DNA of 64,000 bases, from the NCBI RefSeq assembly GCF_023055435.1, contig NW_025964383.1:32550001-32614000 (forward strand). The letters are read 5' to 3'. Shown one piece after another: positions 29,601-41,599 of this stretch (its first letter is position 1; every line of letters begins with the position of its first letter). Source of the stretch: Haliotis rufescens. Lineage: Eukaryota. The translations under genes and the position numbers were made by a program. The notes below the pieces were generated by a model, which saw only the letters and a program-made list of their open reading frames with translations, was not told the origin of the DNA and ran no database searches.

Positions 29601-32600
29601 ACTGGGTTACAGTTGGGTACTGCAACAACACACTGATGGGTACTGCAACAACACACTGATGGGTACTGCAACAACACACTGGGTTACTGTTGGGTACTGC
29701 AACAACACACTGGGTTATTGTTGGGCACTGCAACAACACTCCGGCGTTACAGTTGGGTACTGCAACAACACACTGATGGGTACTGCTACAACACTCTGGG
29801 TTACTGTTGGGTACTGCAACAACACACTGGGCTACTGTTGGTACTGGAACTACACACTGTTTGGTACTGTTGAGTACTGCAACAACACACTGGGTTACTG
29901 TTGGGTACTGCGACAACACACTGGGCTACTTTTGGGTACTGCAACAACACACTGGGTTATTGTTAGGTACTGCAACAACACACTGGGTTACTGTTGGGTA
30001 CTAAAGCAACACACTGGGCTACTGTTGGGTACTGCAACAACACACTGGGTTACTGTTGGGTACTGCAACAACACACTGGACTAGTGTTGCATTCTGCAAC
30101 AACACACTGGGTTACTGTTGGGTAATGAAACAACACTCTGGGCTACTGTTGGGTACTGCAACAACACACTGGGCTACTGTTGGGTACTGAAACAACATAC
30201 TTGGTTACTGTTGGGTACTGCAACAACACACTGGGTTACTGTTAGGTAGGGGGTACGGGTGGCCCAGTCATCTCAGGCGCCGCGATTCGCTGTGCGGAGT
30301 GGCGTCCCTTGGGCACGCCAGAAACCTATGATTGTGGGTTCGAATCCCTGTTCGCCCCGATTATGTTTCTAGGTTTGTCAGCACCATACCCGTGCTCGTG
30401 GGTTTCACCGGAGTGGTAAACGTCTGAGACCTGCATCACTTCGGCCTTTCCTCCCACATTGAGCTGACACGCTGCGATATAACTGGCCCTGTTAAAAGCG
30501 GCGTTAAACCCAACTCACTCACCCATTACTGTTGGATACTGCAACCGGCTAACATCCTTTGTTGAACACATGAAACTGATCATGACGATAACATGCATTA
30601 CATACACAGTTCATGTAGAGGTTGATATTGACACGGATCAAAGCAAAGACGATTAAAATTGGAACTAATTTCAGGAGAAGCTGAACGATATCCACACTGA
30701 GGACAGGCCGGAACTCCAGGACACAGATGTTGGCGAGGCAGAGAGTCGTAAGCATCTGTCTCAATTAACCAAATATATCAGATTTTATTAACAAATCAAG
30801 ATTTTGTTTCTCTACACTAGTGGTAAAACCTTTTCTTATACGAATTTTAGTGTTAATTTCAGCACAGGGAACATGATATATTCAGTCAGTCACGTGAAAA
30901 CATATCCACTGTTGTATATATTACAGTAATTGTTTCTTCTCCAGGTACGCAAGAGATTGAATCTCTAAATGAAGAATTGGGCAGTTTAAAATCGGTAACC
31001 ATTTCCATACTCTTACACTGTAAGAATTTTACACTCTTATCCATACAAGAAACAATATTTTTAGGTCGATTGTTCAAGCTACATTTATGTCAGATGTTTT
31101 AACTGATAATCAACTTTTACATCATCTTCAACAGAGAAATATGATGAGACTAAACCTATAATCTTGATGGAAACGATGATGCAAGTTCATTTGGTTTCAG
31201 AACAGAGATCACAAAACGAGACAACTCGACAAACTACAAACTGATGGTTTGACACACGGCAAGTGTAAATTTACTTAGGGCAGGACATGCTTTTCCTATT
31301 CGCGAATCGACACTGGTTATTCCCTGGCGTTATTATTTTATATGACACTAACAAAGGTCTTTCATACTATGCATCAACATGTTTCACAAGAGGACCTGAC
31401 TACTTTCCCCAAGTGTTACCCTTATATATTGGTACAAGTTAGAAAATGACGGTCTGTTCATATTACGCAAATTACTATTGAAATGCATTCTGAACATGTA
31501 TTTAAAACTTTGTCATGAAATACGGAGCGATAACGACATGAATATACTAATGGTGAATTAGCTTGAGTCCGGTTGTATATTCCTTTAGTTTAATGAGGAG
31601 ATAAAAACAGCTTAAGATGCGCCATGTGTCTAGTAACACATGTTATGATTAATACCTTGTATCCTCCAGTTGAGTGGCAGAACTCTATTGACTACTTGAT
31701 GAGGTACCCGGAAGTTCTATCCCTGTTTAATGTGGATCTGTCAGGACTGGACAGTGTTAGCATTTTCCATCGAGAAGACCAAGATAAAAGCAACCTGCAA
31801 AGAAGAATGACACACAGACAAAATACAGTCTCCTTGAAAGACTCAAAGCAGAGGGTAACAATTGCCTTCTTTTGACACGCTTCAATATGTTCATATACAG
31901 GCTAACGTGTATTGGTTATATAATTGTTGTTTTTCGCTGCTGTAAGAAATATTTCAACTCTATCATGGTGCTTGTTAGTGTATGATGCCACACAATCAAC
32001 CAACTGAAGGGTCAATGTGTTAAGTGTGAGAACAGTCTTTCAGGATAGCAGGATATGATTAATTTCATATTGAGATTCCAACTGAGTTAAAGGTGTCTTG
32101 GTGGATATGTGACTGTCCTGTTATTTAGGATTTGTCACTTATGATTAAGTTGTATCGGGCATTGGAGTCAGTTATACTATTCTAGCTGCATCTGTAGGCA
32201 GTAATATGTGAACATATATCAACCATACCAGAGATACATTGTATATTCAACAATTGGTTACTCAGATGTTTCACAACACAATAACAACAGCTGATTTTAA
32301 CGGCAGCCTATACCAAACATCAGACTCAACCATGTGAATTCACTCATAATCAGTTTCTTGGTTTGTCAGCGCAATACCTGTGTTCGTGGGTTTCAGGGAA
32401 CAGGTAAACGTCTAAGACCTGCATCAGTTCCAGCATTCCTCCCACATCATCAACCTGACAGGCTGTAATACAACATAAATACTGTTTAAGGCGGTGTTCG
32501 GCTATATTCACTTATCCACTCACTCACTCATTCTCATCAGTAACACCGATGGCTACATGTTTAATATGGTCATGGAAGAATTGAGATAAAAACATTTAAT

Positions 32601-35600
32601 GTAGAGCTATGTTAGCTCTAGATTTGTGATGGTGATAAATTGAAACTACCCGATGCCAAGTGTAAATGCTTCACATACAGAACAGAGATTGTAGAGGTAT
32701 GATCATGTGTACAATGTGCGAGAAGCGTTGTTTGTGATAAATCAAAACCCCGAATAATTATCCTTGCATTTGTACAGATGTTGTCTACTTTTTTTACAGT
32801 TCTCTGGCGCAACATCAAAACTGGTTGTAGTGGAAAGGGAAGCTGGATACACTGCACAAGGTATGAATGGATCATTGTCAAAGAATGGAATAAGTTTCAT
32901 AGCTGACTTGGCAGGAATTATAACTAAAATCATGTCATCTTCCTGTCAGTATAGGGGCACGGGTGGCCCAGTCGTCTAAGGCGCAGCGATTCGCTGTGCA
33001 GAGTTGTGTCCCTTGGGCAAGCCAGAAACCTATGATTGTTGGTTCGAATCCCGGTTCGCCCCGATTCTGTTTCTAGGTTTGTCAGCACCATACCCGTGCT
33101 CGTGGGTTTCACCGAAGTAGTAAACGTCTGAGATCTGCATCACTTCGGGCTTTCCTCCAAACGCTGCGATATACTGTTAAACCCAACTCACTCACTCACT
33201 CACTCACTCCTGTCAGTATAGTGAAACCTCAATTGGATGTGATTAACTTGTATTTAAACACATTCTCAACATGGAAAAGTACAGCAAAAAGTCTATAATC
33301 CTATCTAACACATGTATCAACACATTCTCTCAACACGTTATGTTCTGTGTAATCTACAGATGAACGTCACAGTCCCTACAGGTCTACAGGTCTTATTCAT
33401 CTTTTGAGGAGGTACCAGCTGGGCTCCCTGAAGGAAAGAGATTTGACCACACTTACATTTGAGGTATAAATGGGGACATAAGGTAAAACATTACTGAAAA
33501 GATACTGTCGGAAATAGAAAACAGAATTTACGTTTCGACCTTAATTGTTTGCGTTAATAATTGTTTGCCAATCATGGAAAAAACTAATTTTAAAGTTATT
33601 ATAACTGCGATTTGATAAGGTTAGACAATAACAAGGAGAAAAGGACAAACATGGAGTCTGACGTCCAGTGGAACAATGCCGAAATACTAACATTTATTTG
33701 AAAAATTATTGAATAAATGAGACATCAATGCAAATACAGATGTAGTTTTGTGCTCATAACGAAAAAACGACATAGTGTTACCACTACGCATAAATTCTAT
33801 TAGTTCTGATTCAAAGCAATAACGCCAGTTGTTGATGCGATATAGAACCAGATTCCCAACAAGGCCAGGGTATTTGTAACGAACAAATATGTATGCGATG
33901 TCACACCGTGAAGCTTGTCACTGGCTCTGAACGCCCTAACGTACTCTTCAATGTTTTCTAGGTGATGGCAGAAGACGAGCAGCGACTCGCGGATCTGACG
34001 GCAAAGAATGCCTCCTTAGAAAAAGGTTTGTAGATTTGATATAGCTGTACATTCAGATTATTCAAAGTATGCCTTGAATAATTCTTTTATATGGCACCTT
34101 GAACCATATATTTACGTGTATGTCAAATGTGGAGTTTAAATGTTAATATCGCTATACCCACACAAAACATGTAATTAGAACAGTATCCTGTCATTAAAAA
34201 TGGACGACAATGATAAGTTTTCCGCCGTTTTAAGCAAAAGGGCGTGTAAATCGCGAATGCTTATATGCAAGCAATAATAGTAACTGCTCTTCATATAAAG
34301 TTCAATAAAATTAAATTTATTCAAAATTTTAATAATGCATCTTTCAATAGACATTCATGAACATCCCCTCAACATTAAGATGCACGGCGCACGATTTGAA
34401 TGTTTGCATGTTTGTTGGGAGCCTGATATTCACACAATGCAAACAGCACGCACTGATTGTTAGCTAACAAGTGCTCATAAAAAACACTTTTGTCTTACCG
34501 TAAATAACCCTTGCCCAGTGCCACGGTTTGCCGAAAATCAAAGCAACCTGTTGAGGGAGCATCTGGCCCCGACGTCCAGCAACACGCCCATTTTTGTTCC
34601 CACGTCAACGTCAGGGACGTCTAGCTTGGTGTAGACAGCATCTGAGGTTCAGAAGACAGGCTTGGGACAGTATACGTGTTTACAGATGAGTCCAGGTTAC
34701 ATCTGGATAGCTCCGATGGTCGTGCACGCAAGCGTAACTCACATTTATAAATTGTTATTGCAAGAGAATAACTAGCCTAGGTTTTCTGCCGAAACAGATT
34801 CTTCTGGGCGTAAAGGGAAAATAGCAGAGGAAAAACTTCTCCTTGACGCCGTGCACGACCATGGAAGCTATCCAAATCAATCCCGGATATGTGAACAGTA
34901 TACTGTCCAAGGCTTGGAACGCTTGCATTACTCAACGTCGGCAATTTTAGGGACATAAGTGTAATGGTATGGGTTGCCATCACAACTTATGTTTGAACAC
35001 AACTTATCCAAGTTAATGGCAAATTGCGTAACCTACGGAACGTCACGTTGCAGAAGGATAATACCCACCAATATGTTACAGTGTCGCAACGGTCATTTTG
35101 AAGCGGCATAGCATTTCTGTGCTGCCATAGTTGGCTGTTTCTCCAGATCTCAAGACAATATAACATGTATGAAATGAGACTGAACGACGCCTACGGCAGG
35201 ACCAGATCCAGGTGTTAACGCCAGCTAAGTTGGACCAGTTAGCGCCAACTCGGGTGGGCCAGTTAACACCAGCTCAGTTGGGCCAGTTAGCGCCAGCTCA
35301 GTTGGGCCAGTTAGCGCCAGCTCAGTTGGGCCAGTTAGCGCCAACTCGGGTGGGCCAGTTAGCGCCAGCTCAGTTGGGCCAGTTAACGCCATGTAGGGAA
35401 TCAGACACGGCTCGTCTTCGTGAGGAGAGAATGAAATAAGCACCTGGCTATCCTACCGCTCACTGTTGCATGGTAGATCGTTCATAAAGTAGCATGCAGG
35501 GCTTTATCTAGCACAGCAAGCTGATTGATGTCTTTGTTCAAGGGACGAGCTGTTTAACGTCGGCTTGTCGGAATCTTTGAAAACATGTATAACGGAACAT

Positions 35601-38600
35601 ATCTCATGATTAATGTCACATAGAAAAGTTCCAATTTGTGAAGCTCGATTTATCGGTTACTTTTCTTAGTTGTTGAAGAGGAATTGTTTACTTTTCAGAT
35701 TTTGGAAGCACTGTACATATTGTTGGAGCTGAATGCCGGCCTGAAGCTATCTCATGTAAGTATTTCCTGGAGTGAGTTAGTGAGTGAGTGATGCCAATCG
35801 CTGATCTCAGTATTCATAGACTCCCTACTGACAATCACAGATCTCAGTATTCATAGATTCAGTACTGCCAGTCACTAATCTCAGTATTCATAGACTCCCT
35901 ACTGACAATCACTAATCTCAGTATTCATAGACTCCCTACTAACAGTCACTGATCTCAGTATTCATAGATTCAGTACTAACAATCACCGATCTCAGTATTC
36001 ATAGATTCAGTACTGACAGTCACTGACCTCAGTATTCATAGATTCAATACTGACAGTCACTGACCTCAGTATTCATAGATTCAATACTGACAGTCACTGA
36101 CCTCAGTATTCATAGATTCAATACTGACAGTCACTGACCTCAGTATTCATAGATTCAGTACTGGCAGTCACTGACCTCAGTATTCATAGATTCAGTACTG
36201 ACAGTCACAAACCTCAGTATTCATAGACTCCCTACTGACAGTCACTGACCTCAGTATTCATAGACTCCCTACTGACAGTCACTGATCTCAGTATTCATAG
36301 ATTCAGTACTAACAGTCACTGATCTCAGTATTCATAGATTCAGTACTAACAATCACCGATCTCAGTATTCATAGATTCAGTACTGACACTCACAGACCTC
36401 AGTATTCATAGACTCCCTACTGACAGTCACTGACCTCAGTATTCATAGATTCAATACTGACAGTCACTGATCTCAGCATTCATAGACTCCCTACTGACAG
36501 TCACTGATCTCAGTATTCATAGGTTCCCTACTGACAGTCACTGACCTCAGTATTCATAGACTCCCTACTGACAGTCACTGACCTCAGTATTCATAGATTC
36601 AGTACTGACAGTCACCCATCTCAGTATTCATAGACTCCCTTCTGATAGCTGCTGATAGCTGTATTAGTGGAATCATAGCGACCGAGCTCGGTATCCACAG
36701 ATCCTAACATCCACGATATGCACCACAGTGTAATTCAAAGGGATACCTGATTGCTTTACCTGTTTACAGGAGATGAGTTGTACTTCGTCTCTTCCAGAAT
36801 ATGTTGGGCTGAGATTAATGCATCACAGTCATGTCATAGCGAGTCAATTCTGCACAGCCAACCATTGTACATACATAAGTGTGATGCGGTTCTTTAACGG
36901 TCGGGCCCGTGAAGATCTGGGGTTAGAATAGGTCTTCGGCAACCCATGCTTGCCCTAAAAAGGGCGACTATGCCTCGTAAGAGGCGACAAACGGGATCGG
37001 GTGGTCAGGCTCGCTGACTTGGTTGATGCTTGTCATCGATCCCAATTGTGTGGATCGATGCTCATGATATCAATCACTGGAGTGTCTGGTCCAGACTCGA
37101 TTATTTACAGACCGCCATCATATAGCTTGAATATTGCTGAGTGCGGCGTTAAACAACAAACAGACAAACAACATTAACAGTCGTGTGGCGTAGCTGTTGT
37201 TTACTTCCTGAGTGAGAGCTTTGCGTTCACACACTGAATGTGTAATATTTCTACTCAAATCTATCGGGGGTGTAAGCCTTGGAGGTTTTTTTTGGTCAAC
37301 TGAATACTCCGTTCCAGAGGTGATTCCTTTTTCCTGTGGTATTTTTTGTAATGACTGAAACGGACGTAAAATATTAGCCAACATCTTTCCTGAAAACAAA
37401 AGTTTTCAATTGTATTCCAGGCGGGAAAATTTACAAATATTCTTGACTTTCGTTTTAACTTCTGAACGTTCGGTAATGTATAAAGAAGCAATTTGAATGC
37501 ATGATAAATTCTTTCTGTGAGTGAGAAAAATGATCTTTCTGTCCGAAGTTGATCTGTACAGTGCACTGTGCAAGGCTCTTTAAAAAGTGTTGGACCCTAC
37601 ACCAGTATTTTATCAATCGCACATTATTTTAGGACATACTGATGGATATTGTAAGAACGATATAACCCTGAACAAAGATGTATATATGTTCTCAATCAAA
37701 GGTTATTCAATTGCTTTAACATGACATTAGTTATAGTATTACATCATCTTTTAGCCTGAAAGATCAAGCAAATATCTGAAAAAATTATTGTCAATTTCAC
37801 ACTACCAGTGATCCATTCCTGAAATTCTGGAGAATTTAGAACTATTCACAAAGGTGTTGTATTTAAATATGCTTAACCATTACACCAGTGAAGATCCGGA
37901 TAAGAATAGATCTTCCACAACCCATGCTTGTCGTCAGAGGCGACAATGCGTGTCGTAAGAGGTGACTAACGGGATCAGGCTCTCTAACATGATTCGTGCA
38001 TGTCATCATAACCCAAATGCGTGGATCGATGCTCGTTATTGTAATCACTGGAATGTCTGGTCCAGACTCGATTATTTACAGACCGCTGCCGCATAGCGGT
38101 AATATTGCGGTTTTGAGTGCGGCCTTAAACAACAAAACCCTTCTTTATTGCAATAGGCTTTTGTCAGCTTTGACTGAATCTCTATAACAATTCTTGTATA
38201 AGTACAATTATACAATCATGAATCTTATTCATTCTACACTGGAATAACTCAGAAAGCTGACGTTGTTGACGGACTTGCGACATCAATCACTGACCAGCGC
38301 TTGTGAACATTCCGCGACACACAGACTGTGACGATGTAACGGTGAAAGTGACTGAAGCGGACATAGAATATACCTGTTCATGCGGTGTATGATGAACAAA
38401 AAAATGTCAAAAATATCCTAAAACATGGAATTTTGTGGTTTATTTTTATCTTCTTTCGTAAAAGATTCATATAGAATCCACACACAAACACTTTTGTTGG
38501 GAAATTCACTCACTGAGGCCGTATTTCATACACGAACATCGTCCACGTCTGGCAGATATCTGCACAATGGGGGTAAATCAAAAGTGTACCAAAAATTCTG

Positions 38601-39557
38601 TTACATTGCCTTTTTCTGTGAATTATTCTATTTGTTTCTTAATGAAATGCATTTTGAATTCTCGTAGTAATAGTTTTACATTGTAATTAGCGCGCTAATA
38701 TAGCGCAGTTGTTGGAGATATTCTGTACTGATGAAAAACACAGACGAACATTCAGCGCGCTGTTTGGTGACAAGCAAACAATCAGCCGATATTTTCAGTA
38801 AATCTCTTTCTGTGTCTCAGTTTGTAACAAACAGTGAAATAAACTTGCTACACAACAAATACAATGTTTATTTCCAGGTCCTAAACGTCACCTGGACGCG
38901 GCTGGGGCCAACACAAGATACTGCCACGTAACTACAGACGGTCAGCTGGTCAACTCGCGGCTCGCCATACGGTATAAGAGGCGGAACAGACTACAGAGGT
39001 ACTGGGGGACCTGTAGCTCCCCCATCCCCCTTCCTCCACCCCCCTCCACCCTCAACCCCCACCCCACCACATCAACATACTGGGAGACAGAGACCAGGGT
39101 GCGGGTGGTGGAGGGAGTGCCGTGGTATGTCCTGGAGATTGGGGTTGTGGAGGCAGGACAGGTGGACAGTGAGTACTGTGTTTCTCTACAGCGTCGCTCC
39201 TGGAGTGTCAGTGTAGACAGATGTGACAGACACAGGGAGAGTTTCTGTACCACGGTGTGTCGGGAGGGGGTGCCGGGCGAGTGTCACCAGAACACCATGT
39301 CCCGCACTCCCGGCGCACAGGCCACCCTCCACTATGGCGTGGTGCTGGATGTGGGGAGGGGGAGAGTGGCCTTCATTGACTTGGACAGGGGGATTGTTCT
39401 TGGCAAGTATGATGAGGTGTTCCGGGAGCCTCTTGTCCCCATGTTTGGTGTTGGGCGGCTGTCATCCCTCCGCTCTGTGGCGATGAGTCTGATCAGCGGT
39501 GAGGATGTCGACATGACAGACACCAAGAGGGCCCTCGTCTACCAAGCGCTGAGATAG
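20685..39557 (+). CDS. Multi-exon gene: putative coiled-coil stalk plus C-terminal B30.2/SPRY-like domain (5' end unresolved)
   Basis: Phase-compatible GT-AG exons: 20685-20734, 20932-20974, 21158-21243, 21524-21599, 22173-22252, 22372-22435, 24362-24520, 24927-24982, 30675-30747, (30945-30994), 31670-31854, 32800-32860, 33360-33463, 33962-34025, 35699-35755, 38878-39557; open frame of about 610 codons if 30945-30994 and a disrupted exon near 31135 are skipped. Confidence 0.7.
23955..24235 (+). repeat. Tandem ~160-bp direct repeat resembling a Penelope pseudo-LTR with minimal hammerhead-like motifs
   Basis: Two copies of gcttg(t/a)caacgg...tataccgaaacgtc...ttgttatccata.attttctctactttgt, with CCGAAAC at 24014 and 24174. 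Confidence 0.5.
25196..30248. repeat. 31-bp satellite array (~160 copies) with 1024-bp higher-order repeat, intronic
   Basis: Unit ctgggttactgttgggtactgcaacaacaca; identical variant blocks offset by 1024 bp (27404/28428, 27597/28621, 27746/28770, 27991/29015). Confidence 0.97.
30249..30522 (+). mobile_element. tRNA-headed SINE (family A)
   Basis: A-box tggcccagtc..ct.agg, B-box ggttcgaatcc, tail gcggcgttaaacccaactcactcac; homologous to copies at 32955, 59898 and 62971. Confidence 0.85.
32955..33207 (+). mobile_element. tRNA-headed SINE (family A) with 14-bp TSD
   Basis: TSD tcctgtcagtatag at 32941-32954 and 33208-33221; A/B boxes; (ctca)n tail. Confidence 0.9.
35215..35392. repeat. 24-bp minisatellite (~7 copies)
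   Basis: Unit ccagctcagttgggccagttagcg. Confidence 0.9.
35795..36655. repeat. 37-bp minisatellite (~23 copies)
   Basis: Unit ctgacagtcactgacctcagtattcatagattcagta with an alternative ending gactcccta. Confidence 0.95.
36906..37172 (+). mobile_element. Short retroposon family B (no tRNA head)
   Basis: cccgtgaagatc.gggttagaataggtcttc...gtaagaggcgac...ggtccagactcgattatttacagaccgcc...gcggcgttaaacaacaaac; at least nine copies in the window. Confidence 0.85.
37885..38135 (+). mobile_element. Short retroposon family B
   Basis: Homologous to the 36906 copy. Confidence 0.85.
38878..39557 (+). CDS. Terminal exon encoding B30.2/SPRY-like domain
   Basis: Acceptor ttccag at 38877; open frame CPKRHLD...YWETE...LEIGV...YGVVLDVGRGRVAFID...FREPLVPMFGV...ALR*; SPRY hallmarks YWE, GV, GV.LD..G.V.F, F..PL.P.F; AATAAA just after the stop. 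Confidence 0.8.
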
Positions 39558-39769
39558 GAAATAAACTGGTTCTGTAAAGTTGTCTGTGTAACTGAGAGAT
39601 TTCTATCAACTGTTTCAATGACAGGCGAGGAAAGTGAGTGAAGCGGACATAGAAGTGTTCGGTTTGTGTTGTGTTTGTTGTGTACAAAATACGACCAAGT
39701 TCTTCACATGTCTGGTTTCACTACTTTCCTCGTTTCTCATGGGACTGAAATACATTTTAAATACTCACA

Positions 39770-40085
39770 GTAATATTGTTATGATGAATCTATTGCTGTA
39801 GTTGCTGAAATTATGTCACAGCAACAACTTTCTGAAATGTGATGTGACACAGGAGTGAGTGCACAGACAAAATGTAAAATTTCTTTCAAAACAAGATTTC
39901 TTCTGCTTATATTGATTTAATACTATAAAATTAGTGTTTTAAATCCCCACATGACTATTGTTACGATGAAATTATTGCTGTAGTTGCTGAAATTATGCCC
40001 AGACAAAAATGAGCACAGACCAAATGTAAATAAAAAGTTGCTTCGAAACAGATTTCTTCAGCATATATTGATTTAATGCCATAAC
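39770..40085. repeat. Imperfect ~180-bp tandem duplication downstream of the SPRY gene stop
   Basis: attgtta.gatgaa..tattgctgtagttgctgaaattatg...gcacagac.aaatgtaaa...atattgatttaat at about 39775 and 39957. Confidence 0.7.
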
Positions 40086-40300
40086 ATAATTAATTCCAAA
40101 CCACACATTATACTGTTTAGATGGGATTGTTGATGTAGTTGTGGAAACTAAACTGCCACAGAAAATGAAAGTCAACCTCAATGTCTGATTCTGGCAAAAT
40201 GTTTAACAAACAAGAAATGATTATTCCACTGTGATGTACTTGATACAGGGATCCTGGTGGTGTTCTGTACCTAGTCACGTATATGTGTAATTGTATATGT

Positions 40301-40565
40301 TTGTTTTGTTTGTGTGTTTGTTTGTTGTTTAACGCCGCACTCAGCAATATTCCAGCTGTATGACGGCGGTCTGTAAATAATCAAGTCTGGACCAGACAAT
40401 CCAGTGATTGACATCATGCGCATCAATCCACGCAATTGGGATCAATGACATGCATCAACCAAGTCAGCGAGCCTGACCACCCGATCCCTATTAGTTGCCT
40501 TTTACGACAAGCATAGTCGCTTTTTATGGCAAGCATGGGTTGCTGATGGCATATTCTACCCCGGC
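40301..40565 (-). mobile_element. Short retroposon family B with 12-bp TSD
   Basis: TSD aattgtatatgt at 40289-40300 and 40566-40577. Confidence 0.9.
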
Positions 40566-40872
40566 AATTGTATATGTACATGTGTGACATGTAGATATTG
40601 AGACCACATATTTAATTTAATCTATATAGTCAATATTTATTTAGTGAGGTATATAAAATACTGACCTGCACAAAAAATGTTTGTTTAAATTAAATCTGGT
40701 GAATATCTCAAAGTATTTTGGTGTCTTTCTTTTATATCTTACAGATGTATTTTACATTGTTCATAATCATGTACTTACTTGTAGTATGACTAAGAAATAC
40801 ATTGGCTTAGATATAAATTCGGAGATTGTAAAGATTACGGTGCCATGCAAACAAACATAACATGAATCTCTA

Positions 40873-41090
40873 TGAGGTGAGGTGAGGTGAGGTGAGGTGA
40901 GGTGAGGTGTAATGTGGTTTAACGTCGCGTCCCAGATTATTGCACTAATACAGCGACGTGCAAGCACGTGTGTGTGTATGTGTGGCTGCTTGTACTAGTT
41001 CGGACATATGCCGATTTATAGTGCTTGCCCACTGAGATTCCATGCCACAGTTTAACATGAATACCCCATTCAGACACAGAATTACGTTCG
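40873..41090 (-). mobile_element. SINE family C, 5'-truncated, (CACCT)n tail
   Basis: Homologous to 41600-41925; (gtgag)n tail on the plus strand. Confidence 0.75.
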
Positions 41091-41344
41091 ATAACATTTC
41101 TGAAGTCATCAGTATTTGTGTAAATCAGAGTCATTGTTTATTAAAAAAACTCTATATTTTCCAGCATCATATATAATAAAAACAAAACCGATAGGTCAGT
41201 TCAATGGAAGGTAGCCAAGTTGTGCTTCATTCACTCGCCATTCATTTGCCTCGTACATGTTGTACCTGCTGTGTCCATGGTCATAATGGGTTTCCTTTAC
41301 CATGTTAAATGGAGACACCAAAAGGACACATGTTGTTGTTTACA

Positions 41345-41585
41345 GATTTGTTTGCTTGTTTGTTTAACGCCACATTCAGCAATTTTCCTGCTTTATGGTG
41401 ACAGACTGTACATAATCGAGTCTGTACCAGACTACCCTGTGATTGAAATCATGAGCATCTATCTACACAATTGAGATACAATGACATGCATCAAAGTCAG
41501 CAAGCCTGACCACCTGATCAAGCATAGCTGCCCTTTTCAGCAAGCATGGGTTGCTGAAACCTATTCTAACCCGGATCTTCAGGGG
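41345..41585 (-). mobile_element. Short retroposon family B
   Basis: Reverse-complement homology to the 36906 copy. Confidence 0.8.
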
Positions 41586-41599
41586 TCCTTTTTGAAGAG

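Noticed and set aside
25122-30084. Many ORFs of type GTATTHWVTVGYCNNTLGYCWVLQQH
   Set aside because: Translation artefacts of a 31-bp repeat read through three frames
25196-30248. CRISPR-like array of ~31-bp partly palindromic repeats
   Set aside because: Units are head-to-tail with no unique spacers, there are no cas genes, and it lies in a eukaryotic intron; it is a satellite
30249-30360. tRNA gene (A and B boxes)
   Set aside because: No intact cloverleaf; it continues into a multi-copy body with a microsatellite tail and TSD, so it is a SINE head (same for 32955, 42707, 52975, 59898, 62971)
35212-35443. ORFs with LAPAQLGQ / LALTGPTE repeats
   Set aside because: Open on both strands only because the unit is 24 bp; no convincing splice context
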